A stretch of 64,000 nt of DNA from Podarcis muralis (GCF_964188315.1 NC_135662.1:7378001-7442000), one strand, 5' to 3'; positions 23,406 to 36,170 are shown, counted from the stretch's first letter. Notes: generated by a model from the sequence alone, not told the origin. Made by a program: numbers and translations.

Positions 23406-24756
23406 TGCATTGCATTTTTAAAAAATGAAAAGCAGTTTTAGAAGTAGTGACTTATCCCTTCATTGAATTTCAGATGTTTGTGTGCTCTTGTGAGCCATGG
23501 GCAGGATGCTGGTGTGTGTATGGATTTGGAACATGGAATGGGTGAAACATCTCATACCCTCCACCCATCACTAGTTCTCTGCTGACTTGCAACACAGCTA
23601 GTCACCAGTGTTAGGGCTCCTCTGTTTCTGGGGAAGGCATAGGAATATTGATTGAATGGGTTGAGAAGAATCCGGAACAGAATCTATCCCATATGCATGT
23701 AAAATGATATGGAAATGGCAAAGTTCTGAATGATAATTTCCATGAGAAGAACAGTTTAATGATGCCTGTGGGAAAATGTGTGCATGTGAATAAACTCACA
23801 GAAAGAGATTAACATAGGAAACAAAAAAACAGAATCATGGACAAATATATGCCCAAATTAAATGGAAGTAAAGGGAAACATATTTGTATGTCCCTAGCTC
23901 AGATACATTGGTTAAAGACATGCTTCCCTGTGCAAGCGAAAATAATCACAGTTGTCAACTTGGAACAGTAAATCCAAACTGAATTCCTCTGCAACTTCAG
24001 TGAAAGGGCAGCTAAAAATAGCACGAAGCAACAGTAAGCAATGCTTTGCAGGTTAGAAAAGGGACCAGCTGATATCCATTACTCATTTTGCTGGCTGATA
24101 GATGGAATAATGCTTTTTTCAAGGCAAACTACTCTTTAGAAGAGAGGATTCAAGGACAGGGTCTTAGCTGGTGTCATTTTGTACTTTAAGCAACTCAGAT
24201 AATTAAACTGCACTGGAACCAAGGTTGCAGGTGGTCAGAGTATATGTCTGAATATTCTCTTCATGGAAAGAATGGGCTGAAAATCTCCTCTGTACAGAAA
24301 AAACATGATGTCAGGAAGAGGACAAGGCTGAATACGTCTACCTGACATTCAATCTTTTTATATAAAGGGAAGAGGCAAGGGAAGCATTCAAACTTTCAAG
24401 CCCCACACAACTGTGTCAAAATGGTGCTGTCCAAGGAAAGCTTTCCTACCCAATACTCCTGTGTGTAAATGCTTTGGGTAATTCCATTGGGTATGTACAT
24501 GGGACCACCACCACCATCATTTTATTGTCAGCTGCTTTCCCATAGTTAGTATGGACATCTTTTTCAAGTATGTGGAGCTGAAGAAGGAAGCTGGAAGAGT
24601 GAAACTCTTTCCCACTTCCTCTTTCAGCTCTTTCTGCTTCTCAGATTAATTCTGCTGAATCCAGCTTTTACCCAGTTGCCTTGGGAAAGTGTTGTGTCTT
24701 TGTATGTGCAATTTGTCTTCTTTCTGTCTCTCTGTGGGGAGAGGAGAATGGTGACA

Positions 24757-25010
24757 GAAGAAGAAGAAGAAGAAGAGTTTGGATTTGATATCCTGCTTTA
24801 TCACTACCTGAAGGAGTCTCAAAGCGGCTAACATTCTCCTTTCTCTTACTCCCCCACAACAAACACTCTGTGAGGTGAGTGGGGCTGAGAGACTTCAGAG
24901 AAGTGTGACTGGCCCAAGGTCACCCAGCTGCTGCATATGGAGGAGCGGAGATGCGAACCCGGTTCCCCAGATTACGAGTCAACCACTCTTAACCACTACA
25001 CCACACTGGC
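24757..25010 (-). mobile_element. Squam3-like SINE
   Basis: Reverse complement of the 6859 family, (GAA)n tail. Confidence 0.9.
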
Positions 25011-25201
25011 TCTCAGAAGAGGGTGGCATCCATGTCACTTGCTCAAAACTCCAAATGTGTCCACTGTCCTTGAATGATTGGCAACCTGTTCTGCCCAAGA
25101 TTTTGGCTGTCAAAGGCAGTAAATTATTTAGGATTCAGATAGATAATGACGACAACCAAAGTTACTCTTTAATAGCTTTTTTTTATATGATGAGGTTTTA
25201 T

Positions 25202-26146
25202 GTTGTTGTTGTTGTTTAGTCGTTTAGTCGTGTCCGACTCTTCATGACCCCATGGACCAGAGCACGCCAGGCACCTCTGTCCTCCACTACCTCCTGCAGT
25301 TTGGTCAAACTCATGCTGGTAACCTCGAAAACACTATCCAACCATCTCGTCCTCTGTCGCCCCCTTCTCCTTGTGCCCTCCATCTTTCCCAGCATCAGTG
25401 TCTTCTCCAGGGAGTCTTCTCTTCTCATGAGGTGGCCAAAGTACTGGAGCCTCAGCTTCACAATCTGTCCTTCCAGTGAGCACTCAGGGCTGATTTCCTT
25501 AAGAATGGATGCGTTTGATCTTCTTGCAGTCCATGGGACTCTCAAGAGTCTTCTCCAGCACCATAATTCAAAAGCATCAATTCTTTGGCGATCAGCCTTC
25601 TTTATGGTCCAGCTCTCACTTCCATACATCACTACTGGGAAAACCATGGCTTTAACTATACGGACCTTTGTTGGCAAGGTGACGTCTCTACTTCTCAAGA
25701 TGCTGTCTAGGCCTGTCATTGCCCTTCTCCCAAGAAGCAGGCGTCTTTTAATTTCGTGGCTGCTGTCACCATCTGCAGTGATCATGGAGCCCAAGAAAGT
25801 AAAATGTCTCACTGCCTCCATTTCTTCCCCTTCTATTTGCCAGGAGGTGATGGGACCAGTGGCCATGATCTTCGTTTTTTTGATGTTGAGCTTCAGACCA
25901 TATTTTGCGCTCTCCTCTTTCACCCTCATTAAAAGGTTCTTTAATTCCTCCTCACTTTCTGCCATCAAGGTTGTGTCATCTGCATATCTGAGGTTGTTGA
26001 TATTTCTTCCGGCAATCTTAATTCCAGCCTTTCGCATGATGTATCCTGCATATAAATTAAATAAGCAGGGAGACAAAATATAGCCTTGTCGTACTCCTTT
26101 CCCAATTTTGAACCAATCAGTTCCAATTGGTTCCTCATAATCAATT
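25202..26146 (-). mobile_element. 5'-truncated RTE-BovB LINE (RT C-terminal half)
   Basis: SPCLFNLY...GIKIAGRNINNLRYADDTTL...IDAFELWCWRRLLRVPW; (CAA)n tail; 12-bp TSD ATGAGGTTTTAT. Confidence 0.95.
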
Positions 26147-26736
26147 ATGAGGTTTTATAGGCTAATGAATAAGAATCTGTCTTATTCACAAGTTTAAACA
26201 GAGTTGGTTATAAAGCCTAGAAATACCTAAGACTGCATTCAGGCAGCACATCTCTTCATTTCCCCCATGTTTCCTTCCCTAACAATTTCTGCGTTTTATA
26301 AGATCTTTCATATGACATAAAAGCCACTTTTGGAAATCTAGCAGAATCTAGTGGAAGTTTAGTACACAATTCTGTGATGATTGCTTCCAGAAAAAATATA
26401 ATAAATTTGCAAGCCTATTAACCCGGAAAATTGCAGGAATTTTGTGCTGCACATTTTTGCTCCATTTTCACAAACCACACCATTGTGATGAAATATGGGC
26501 TGGTATTCTAGCATACAGTTCCCCCCACTATTTTCTTGGGCCAGTCATGGGGAAACAGAAGTACACATGCTCATAAAGGGTGGTGACATGTCCGATGACA
26601 TCTGCTGTTGTGTCATACCACAACCACCTTCTTGGACATATAAAAAAAGGGAAATTCTTTAATGCAGCAGGTAATGCGATGCAAAAGGAATGTTAGAAGC
26701 ACTAGCCTTCTAACCAGGAAGACTAACACAATAATA

Positions 26737-27067
26737 AGGTAAAGGGACCCCTGACCATTAGGTCCAGTCGCAGACGACTCTGGGGTTGTGGCGCTCATCT
26801 CACTTTATTGGCGTACAACTTCTGGGTCACGTGGCCAGCATGACTAAGCCGCTTCTGGTGAACCAGAGCAGCGCACGGAAACACCATTTACCTTCCCGCC
26901 GGAGTGGTTCCTATTTATCTACTTGCACTTTGACATGCTTTTGAACTGCTAGGTGGGCAGGAGTAGGGACCGAGCAATGGGAGCTCACCCTGTCGTGGGG
27001 ATTTGAACTGCCGACCTGATCAGCAAGCCCTAGGCTCTGTGGTTTAACCCACAGTGCCACCCAAGTC
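26737..27067 (-). mobile_element. Sauria SINE
   Basis: Sauria body and ACCTT tail, TSD CAATAATA. Confidence 0.92.
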
Positions 27068-27699
27068 CAATAATAGCCACATCCAAATGCATTCTATGAG
27101 TGACACTTTAAAGCTTGATACATTTAGGATGGCATAAACTTTTTGGGACTGCACCTTGTCCGACTTGTACAGTCTGTGAAACCTTACATGCCATAATAAA
27201 TCTGGTTGCGTTAAAGAGGCCACAAGAACTTTTGTTGTTTCAGCTACAACACACAAATATGGCTTCCGCTCTGCGAATGATTAGAATGAAATATCAGAAA
27301 TGTGATTACATACAGAGACCTTGCTTGCTGGATGTAAGGGTGCTATAGAATTATATTTTCCTGAACAGGCATTTCCTCCCTCCACTTCCATAAACACAGC
27401 ATTCCTGCGAAATTGGTAAGTTGAGCTTAACTTTATGATATGCACTTGCAAGAAGAAGAGGTAGCTTTGCCTGAATGGTGTCTGTTTCTAGCTATTAGCA
27501 AATGTTGCTAGAGAACAGCCAAGAGGGGGAAAAATTGAAATTCCCTTTTCAAAGTGCTATTAGTCCAGCTTGCCAGCAGATGGCTCATGAGCGTCATGAA
27601 TAAAATCAGTGAAAGAAACACGCGGTCTGGTTCCTGGCTCTGTTGTGTTTCTTTCCCAGTTTCCACAACAGTTCTCCTCTATATTCATTATTACTAGTG

Positions 27700-28190
27700 C
27701 ATAAGAAGCGCCTGACTGCTGATTCAGACCAAAGGTCCATCTAGAAGCTGTCTTCTTCTGGAAAGCATACAAGCAGGAACTGAGTGCCACATTGCTCTGT
27801 TCACATGCAGTTCCAGCAACTGGTATTCAGAGACATTCAGAGGCAGTATTTTATTTTCTCTATCCTAAATTTTCCAAAATTCAATTTCATCGGATGACCC
27901 TGAATTCTACTATTACAAGAAACAACAACAACTTTCAACTGACTTTATCCATGTAATGCATAATTATGCAGCTCTATCCTCTTCCCTCTTACTGACCTTT
28001 TTCTTCATTTTTCTTCAACCTTTCCTGAAATTTCCCCAGCTCTCCTTTTTGAGGCGAAACAACCAGAAATGTACAAAGTATTCCAAATATGGTTGCACTA
28101 TAAAATTGTCTAGCAGCAATATGCTGTTAGTAGTTTTATTTTCAATCCCTTTCCTCAAAGCTTTTGATTCATCATTGGGGAAGCCTCTTC
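27700..28190 (-). mobile_element. Old CR1 fragments
   Basis: cataagaag...cagaccaaaggtccatctag; ttgaggcgaaacaaccagaaatgtacaaagtattcc antisense CR1-like motifs. Confidence 0.5.
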
Positions 28191-28685
28191 ACCTTTTTCT
28201 TGGCTGCTGCCTTCTTAATCTCAGTTTTAATCTCTTTTTTTAAAATTTGCTGACGGTTTTAATTGTTGTTTAAACCTTTTAACTACTTTTCCTTAACTGT
28301 AACCTTTTGTTTTTAACTGTTTCTTGTAAACTAAAGAAGCGGATAAAATCAGCAAAATAATAATAAAAAGCAAATAGTAATTTACATGTCTGGATAGGCT
28401 TCCTGACATAAAAAAAGTTTTTCACGGGCATCCATGAGAGTATAGCAAGTGTGCCCGCCTAATGTTAGCAAGTCTTGAGATAGTTTCAGCTCTAAACCAG
28501 GGGAAAATATCCCTCCATACCTACAGTACAACATGGGAAGAGACCTTAAAACAGTGGGACCTCATGGGTGCTGTCCATGGTCCTGAATTTTGCTTAAAGT
28601 GCTCACTCTGCTTGAACTGACTGATCTGCTCAGTGTGAGAGAAAAAACAGGGTCGGGGATTTTGTGAGGTTAATACCCTTCAGTG

Positions 28686-28941
28686 CAGGGGTGATCAAAC
28701 TTTTTCAGCAGGGGGCTGGTCCACTGTCCCTCAAACCTTGTGGGGGGCTGAACTATTTTTTTTTTTTGGGGGGGGGGAATGAACGAATTCCTATGCCCCA
28801 CAAATAACCCAGAGATGCATTTTAAATAAAAGGACACATCTACTCATGTAAAAACATGCTGATTCCCAGACTGTCCGTGGGTTGGATTTAGAAGGCAATT
28901 GGGCCGGATCCAGCCCATGGGCCTTAGTTTGCCTACCCATG
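28686..28941. mobile_element. hAT-type MITE
   Basis: CAGGGGT...CCCATG termini, perfect 8-bp TSD CTTCAGTG. Confidence 0.9.
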
Positions 28942-28989
28942 CTTCAGTGGCAGGCCAGACAATGGACAGAGTAAGAGAAATGATGATGT

Positions 28990-29354
28990 GATGGTAAGAG
29001 CTACGGGCACACAAGTGTGACATAATCTCCACCTGCAAGGTTCCAACCAAAGAAGAATGGCAACTTAAGAATATGCACAACTCACAGACCTAACATATAG
29101 AATAAGAGAACAAGAAGAATATACGTTTAAAGAAGATTGGAAAATGTTTACTGAATATATGGGAAATAATTGTGTACAGCTGACAATGCTGGCAGCATTA
29201 AGACAGATTCAACAGTGTAAAAAAAGTTTTGATGGGTGCAATAATGGAATACTAATGGTATAGTTTTTGTAAAATACTCAGGGATTTACAATATGTAAAA
29301 TGAACCAATGAAAGAGAAGAAGGGAAGTCATTGATATCTTAAGGATGTAAAATG
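28990..29354 (+). mobile_element. Older L1 3' fragment (its tail resumes at ~30513)
   Basis: PTKEEWQLK...IREQEEYTFKEDWKMFTEY L1 ORF2 C-terminus; host of the 29355-30501 insertion. Confidence 0.7.
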
Positions 29355-29359
29355 TTCAT

Positions 29360-29431
<72 letters not shown>

Positions 29432-29437
<6 letters not shown>

Positions 29438-29910
29438 GGTTTTGGTGTCCTCGGGTGTCTTCCCGTGTAAAAGTTGGGGTGTCTAGGCGACGTTTCGACG
29501 AGGTCTCACTCGTCATCTTCAGGCTGGTGCTTTCGGCTTCTTGTTCCCAGGCTAGTGTGCCTTTTCTTCTTTTGTTCCTTAGTTGCTTGAGGGATATCTT
29601 GAGTGATTTCTTGAGTGATATCTCAAGATATCCCTCAAGCAACTAAGGAACAAAAGAAGAAAAGGCACACTAGCCTGGGAACTTCCTCTCGGCCCAGAAC
29701 ATTGGAGGCTATACACCACACCCCAACAGTATTTATAGGAACTCAAACACTGAGATCCTGCTCTGTTCCAGTAACAAGAAGCCGAAAGCACCAGCCTGAA
29801 GATGACGAGTGAGACCTCGTCGAAACGTCGCCTAGACACCCCAACTTTTACACGGGAAGACACCCGAGGACACCAAAACCTGCATACCTATACCCGTGAA
29901 AATCTACGAA
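29432..29910. mobile_element. Penelope-like fold-back relic with nested inverted repeats and hammerhead motifs
   Basis: 114-bp IR (29432-29545 / 29773-29886), 61-bp IR (29543-29603 / 29622-29682), CTGAAGA...GAAACGTC motif, (TA)n on both flanks. Confidence 0.75.
29796..29829 (+). ncRNA. Hammerhead ribozyme core motif (mirror copy on minus strand at 29489-29522)
   Basis: CUGAAGA-U-GACGAG ugagac CUCGUC-GAAA-CGUC; palindromic ACGU stem III; stem I is weak. Confidence 0.55.
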
Positions 29911-29935
29911 AGCATATATATATATATATATATAT

Positions 29936-30501
29936 ACAATGAAATAAAAAAAAGTTTAGATATACATTCCCTAAAAGGCCAGAGGCATTTCTTTTAGGAA
30001 TGGTTGGGGATGAGATACCAAAAGAAGACGAAAAACTATTTCTGTATACGACAATGGCAGCCAGAGTTTTGATAGCTCAAGGATGGAAACATCAAGATCT
30101 GCTGACTATCGAGGAATGGCAAAAAAAGATGGTAGAGTACGCAGAATTAGCCAGGCCAACGGGACGAATCCATGAGCAGGATGACCAGACGTTCCAAAAA
30201 GACTGCAAGAAATTTATAACTTACCTTGAGAAACACTGTTTACATATAAAGAACACTGGCAGGTCGGAGATAAACCTTACAACGTATGGAGCATTCTATA
30301 TGAGATTATAGAAAGTACCATGTATAGATATGAACAGTATGCTGATATAAATCAATGTGTGAATATTATAGTGTGGAAACAAGAAAACCAGAAGAGGGGT
30401 AGAGGGAAGTGGTAATCCTGAGAGTTTTAGGTTACTAATATTGTAAGAATGTACTGTATAAATATATAATATGAAAATCAATAAAAACAATTGCAAAAAA
30501 A
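29936..30501 (+). mobile_element. Younger 5'-truncated L1 3' end
   Basis: YNEIKK...PEAFLLGMVGDEIPKEDEKLFLYTTMAARVLIAQGWK; A-rich tail; 11-bp TSD GATGTAAAATG at 29344-29354 and 30502-30512. Confidence 0.85.
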
Positions 30502-31074
30502 GATGTAAAATGAGTATTTTAAATTGTAAAACAGAAAACTTATTTATTTATACCCCACCCAACTGGCTGGGTTTCCCTGCTGGGATCAAGCAGGTGTGAG
30601 ATATCACCCTTCAAATTGTCAGAATCTTATTCACAATCTCTTTCTAGAGTTCAAAAGAAACTTCTCATTCTGGGTAGAGAATATCGGTGAAAGGTTTTCT
30701 CTCATTCCAGTCAGGGTGGCACATAGTAATAATATCGTGTTGAAACTTCCTACCAGCCTATTAGGTAATGTTCCATTATCCTAGATGCTTTGACAATGTT
30801 CCCATTGTGAAAGAAATTGCTTCCTGTGAAAAAATTGCACTCTTTTGGGTAATACCTTGCAGGTTATTTATGAGGGAAAGCGTAGCCATTTAGGCAACTT
30901 GAAAATTCAGCTCTTTAGGTGTGCCCTTTTTTATATACTATAAGAATGCCATTTCCTATAAATTTTTTGTAACTGTGGGATGGAATTCACCTGGCAAACA
31001 AATACTTCAGGTTTGCATTTTAGGTTTTTTAATGTCTGTCCAAGAAAACTGGGTGAAGAGGAATGGCCAGATTC

Positions 31075-31077
<3 letters not shown>

Positions 31078-31143
<66 letters not shown>
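31078..31143. repeat. Compound (CA)n(GA)n microsatellite
   Basis: Directly visible. Confidence 0.95.
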
Positions 31144-31146
<3 letters not shown>

Positions 31147-31299
31147 TGGTTTGCAGTATTTTAAATTTTTATTTTATGAAAAACACAATTATCCAAAAGT
31201 TACACTTCAGTTTTCTTGACTGCCATAATACCACAGAACAATGACTCCGATCCTCAGTTCATCATCACTGTCATGTTGACTCGCCAAATACTCTCAGTA

Positions 31300-31840
31300 G
31301 GAACCCAACTGTGGATCTGGGTTTACTAGACATTTTGAATCAATATATCCCCTCCACAGACACCTCTGTGATGATGATGGCGTAAAATTATCCTGTTCTT
31401 CTTCAATAAAAAAGGAGACTAAATTGTGTCAAAGACTTCTTTTTGCCTCTGACTATTTGACGATGGCATGAGAGGCATTCTGAAAGAGCAATGTTCCAGA
31501 TATTATTAACTCAAGCCTCTATTGGTATATTAGAGTTTTCCTTCCACCATTGGACAATAACTAGTCTAGCTGCTGTTAACAGGAAGGGAATTAATTCTTT
31601 TGATTTAAGGGTAGAATTTGTGGTCAAATCTAATGATAGTAAGGCAAGCACCTGATAGATAGTTTAGTGATTTTGGAGGTCAGATAAAAGTATTTTCCCT
31701 AAAAGGTGCGGAGCAGGGTGCACTCCCACCAAACATGAAAATAGTAACCTCATTCTCCACAGCTTTTCCAACATAATGGTGAGCTTGAAGAATTTATTTT
31801 TGGTTTGCAGTATTAAATCAAATAAGTTCATCTATCTATT
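31300..31840 (-). mobile_element. Decayed L1 ORF2 C-terminal fragment
   Basis: Minus strand KELIPFLLTAARLVIVQWWKE...NNIWNIALSE. Confidence 0.65.
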
Positions 31841-31864
31841 TAGCACAGCACTATTGGACCCACT

Positions 31865-32217
31865 GGGGACACGGGTGGCGCTGTGGGTTAAACCACAGAG
31901 CCTAGGATTTGCCGATCAGAAGGTCGGCAGTTCGAATCCCCGCGATGGGGTGAGCTCCCATTGCTCGGTCCCTCCTCCTGCCCACCTAGCAGTTTGAAAG
32001 CACATTAAAGTGCAAGTAGTTAAATAGGTACCACTCCAGCGGGAAGGTAAATGGTGTTTCCGTGCGCTGCTCTGGTTCACCAGAAGTGGCTTAGTCATGC
32101 TGGCCACATGACCCGGAAGCTGTACGCTGGCTCCTCAGCCAGTAAAGCAAGATGAGCGCCGCAACTCCAGAGTCGGCCACGACTGGACCTAATGGTCAGG
32201 GGTCCCTTTACCTTTAC
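31865..32217 (+). mobile_element. Full-length Sauria SINE
   Basis: gggacacgggtggcgctgtggg head, (ACCTTT)n tail, 14-bp TSD CTATTGGAC(C/A)CACT. Confidence 0.95.
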
Positions 32218-33609
32218 CTATTGGACACACTATTGGACTGTTTATAGTGCCCTAGCTGTTGAATTCACAATTGAGAGACCATCAGATTAGCAGTGGAAAT
32301 CTGCAGCTTTCACAGCATCACAACCTGGCTTCTGGGTGGCCGGATTTCCTGCACAGATTACATGAAAAGGGAGGATGTGGCCACGGGCTTCTTGAACAGC
32401 CAGTCAAAAAACCATCTTTTGTAGGCTGCAGAGGAAAGGCATAAATGAGTAGATCTCCTTTCAAATCATGACTGAGTCAAGAGCCAAAACCAAACAATTT
32501 GCAGAAGGGAGACATTTTGCCACTTTCTATCCTGTTGGAGTGGGACGCGAGTGGCACTGTGGTTTAAACAACTGAGCCTGAAGTAGAGAACATTTCCTGG
32601 ATAAGCTTGCCAAGACATGCTGCTACCACTATCTAAAGGTCATGATTCATGAGACTCCTAGAATATATGTGTGTGAAACATGTGTCTATCAAAAAGGATT
32701 GCCAACAGGGGAATAACAGCATGGATGGACTATTGTGCTCATGCCCTGTTTGTGGGCTTCTCACAGGCATCTGATTGGCCATGGGAAGGAACAGGATGTT
32801 GGGATAGGTAGGCATCCAACCAACCAAGATGCATCTAGACTCCTCATAAAGTACAGAAAGTAGGTCCTACATGTTCAGACTGTTAATGGAGAAATCTGAG
32901 AGCTCCCTTGGACAAAAAACAAGGACACCGGCCAGGAATACCAGAGCAAAACAGCAGCCAGTAGGCTTGGTCTTTATTGAAGACTGCCGCAACAGGACTC
33001 CCACCTGCCACAAGGTGGAACAAGATGGAAACCCCGAACAAAAGAGCACCCAAACTTTTATTACACCCCCCCCCCCAAACTGCATCACTAATACATCATG
33101 AGAGGGGAGGTCTGGTGGCAGTAATCTGAGCATCCTGGACCCTGGCCCATGGTTCTCCTTGCCCTCCGCCAAACACCCATCAAGTGTAACAAAAGAGATA
33201 CTTACATTTCCCTGTTTCCCAGCCAAGTTAATCACACCCTTTTGTCTTCATCTGGGTTTGTTATTTCTGGAATGGCTACCTGTCTGGCACTCAGGTATCA
33301 GGATGCCAGGAACTATCACTCAGGCAGAGGGGCTGCTGAGCTCACATGTCTATATGAATTTCTGAAGTTTTCCCAGTGAGCCAGTACACAGATACATTTA
33401 TCAGTGAATTGTTACATTTGGTATTGTGCAGCAGAGGACCTTTGAATAGATAGGAAGAAACTGTGATGAAATGTTTTGTGGGGACAAGTCACAAAAGTGA
33501 TCGTGCTGATTTTGGTAGTGGGCTGCATGTGCATGATATCTGCTGGAGGGGCACCCCCCCACCTGTACATAAATTCCTGCAACAAGGCAACTCCATCACT
33601 AGGGGGGGG

Positions 33610-33829
33610 AAACAAGTTAGAAGAAAGGAGATTCTAACTAAACATCAGGAAGAACTTTCTGACAGTAGTTTGACAATGGAACAGACGCCCTTGGGAAGTG
33701 GTGGACTCTCCTTCACTGGAGGTTTTGAAGCAGAGGTTAGATGGTATCTGCCAGTTGAGACCCCTGCTTTGCAGGGGGTTGGACTAGATGACATTGGGTT
33801 CTTTCCAAATCTACTATTCTATGATTCCA
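33610..33829 (+). mobile_element. CR1 3' fragment
   Basis: aacatcaggaagaactttctgacag...gggggttggactagatgac...attctatgattc. Confidence 0.85.
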
Positions 33830-33831
33830 TA

Positions 33832-34075
33832 CAGTGGTACCTCGGGTTAAGTACTTAATTCGTTCTGGAGGTCCGTTCTTAACCTGAAACTGTTCTTAAC
33901 CTGAAGCACCACTTTAGCTAATGGGGCCTCCTGCTGACGCTGTGCTGCTGGAGCACAATTTCTGTTCTCATCCTGAAGCAAAGTTCTTAACCTGAAGCAC
34001 TATTTCTGGGTTAGCAGAGTCTGTAACCTGAAGCGTATATAACCTGAAGCGTATGTAACCCTGTATGTACCACTA
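33832..34075. mobile_element. Tc1/mariner (pogo/Tigger-like) MITE
   Basis: CAGTGGTACCTC TIR, TA flanks, inverted relative to the 18419 copy. Confidence 0.85.
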
Positions 34076-35679
34076 TATCCTCCACCAGCTGAAAGAAACA
34101 GAAAATCCTCTTTTCGTTTGTAAGCTCTGGGTTCACAAAGAGTTAAATCTTCCGCCATGAAAAGTTTCCTGTGCGCAGGAGATCGAAATCTTCACCGGAA
34201 AGACTGCTGGATCACTTTGCAAAGTCTCCGTGGCCTGTCTCTGGCACATCAGCACCACAGATAACCAGCTCCTTCTGCAAATTGTACTTTCCTCTTTAAC
34301 TGAGAGTAGCATTCAAGCCTCTTTTTCAAAAAAAATGCAGTCTGTGTAGTTCCCTCCCAGGCTCAGCATGCACACTGTGTGCATGTGCTCTCAGATCAGT
34401 CAGCAGCGAGAGCCAGGGGCAAGCAGTTCGTGCCCTCTCTTCTTCAGAAACAGCAGTACTTGCTCTGGACTGGGGATTTCCTAGGCTGAATGAACATCCG
34501 GAGATTCTCAGGAATCTGTGAAGTCTGGGAGGCGGGTCGGGTGCGTGGGAAGAGGGCGGATCTGGCTAGAAGGGGTGGAGGAGGAGGGAAAGAGCTGCTG
34601 GAGAGACGCCAGTCGAGAAGAAGCCACGAAGAAGAGCAAGAGAGCGAGAATCAGAAGGGCGTGCGAATAACAGGAAAGCAAGCAGGGAGAAAACATTCCC
34701 CCGCTGAAGGAGGAAGGAAGGACTGTTACCAGCCAGCCAAATCGCGCGTTTTGCTGGAAGCTTTAGGTCCCCCAGGAGGGACTGGAGAAAGAAAGGATCT
34801 GTAAGTTTTGATTGTCCTGTTTGTTTGTTTTTTTAAAGAGTTTTGTGTTCCTATCTCCTCACTTTGTCCTCCTTTAAAAGTTCCAGGTTATGGAGGAGAT
34901 CTGTGATGTTCCCGTGGACCTCTTCTCTGGTTTCTCAATCTCTCCTTACCCAGGCACTCCAGAGGGCACCGGTAACCATGGGTGTAGCGGGGGGGCACTT
35001 AACTGCGGCCCCCTCACATAAAGCCTGCCCCCCAACATAAATCCAGGCTATGCCTTGCATTTAGGTGGGGGTCAAGTCACTCCGGCTTGCATCCTGAGTT
35101 GCCCTCTGTGAACACGGAATTGTGATATGAGAAGGAGCCTGGAAACTCATCCAGCCCTCTGTTGAGGCTGGGGTCCCACCAGGACATCACTGCTGATAGG
35201 TGGCCATCCACCCTCTGCTTTCAACCTCTAATGCAGGAAGGTGTCTCTTTGAAGGGACAGGAATAAATAAAATCCCTTTCACTGGATAGAGTCTGATCCA
35301 AAGGAGGCTGCCACTGTTGAGAGCATGGAGAAGTTTTTTTTTAGTACTGTTCTCAATACTTTTCATGGCCAGGTCAAGATATTTCTCTCCCCCACACTCA
35401 CTCCTTTTCATTTTTAAAGTAGTATTCAAAACTGTAAAAGCTTTAGTGGTTTCTAGCTAACCACAATGAGGCTCCAAGAATTGTTAGATGTCTGAGTGTG
35501 ATGTAAAAGCAGTTTCTCTCCCACCACTTCCTCTGTGGGCTGATTCAGCTTCTGCTTCCATTCATTCTCGCCATTCTTCTGCCTTAACCTCTCAGCCCCC
35601 ATATTTTAGTAACGTAAGTGTTGCTCTTAAGTATCAGTCGCCGAATGCATAATAACAGTAGAATTAATAACAGTGATCT

Positions 35680-36170
35680 TTAAAACAATTTTATGGAAGG
35701 TTTATAACATTTTGAGCATTAAAACCCAAATGCATTTATAAAAAGATAATAAAAAGGAGTGTATAAAAAAAGAATAACAACAACAACAAAAATACCCATG
35801 ATCCTTACAAAACACAATTAAATAAAAAAGAGGAAGAGAAAGAACAAATTAAAAATAACTAAAAGAATAGAAAAGACTAGGAAAAAAATGATTAAAAAGA
35901 AGAACTCCTGCCTCCCTATCTGACAATTATCTGTTACAACAGTTATTCAAAGTATTTAACATAAGTACTCCATAATAGTTTTGTCCCCTCTGTAGGCTGT
36001 AACTTTGCCCAAATTTCCCTCTAGAGTCCAGCCTTTAACATTTAGTTACTCAGACAGCACAAAACGACTCTTCTAACATCCTTCTAGTAATCCAAATTGT
36101 TTCTATATAAAATCTCCTATAAAGTCATTTTAAACAGTTACAATAATAGTAATGGTAATGCTGGAATTCA
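35680..36170 (-). mobile_element. Decayed L1-like 3' UTR
   Basis: A-rich plus strand and motifs typical of antisense L1 3' ends; heavily diverged. Confidence 0.4.

Noticed and set aside
25244-26083. 279-aa plus-strand ORF
   Set aside because: Antisense shadow of the BovB RT frame; no independent protein features.
32870-33416. LTR-like segment (also ~38431-39000)
   Set aside because: TG start and a polyA-like motif are present, but no matching end or TSD could be found, so it is not called.
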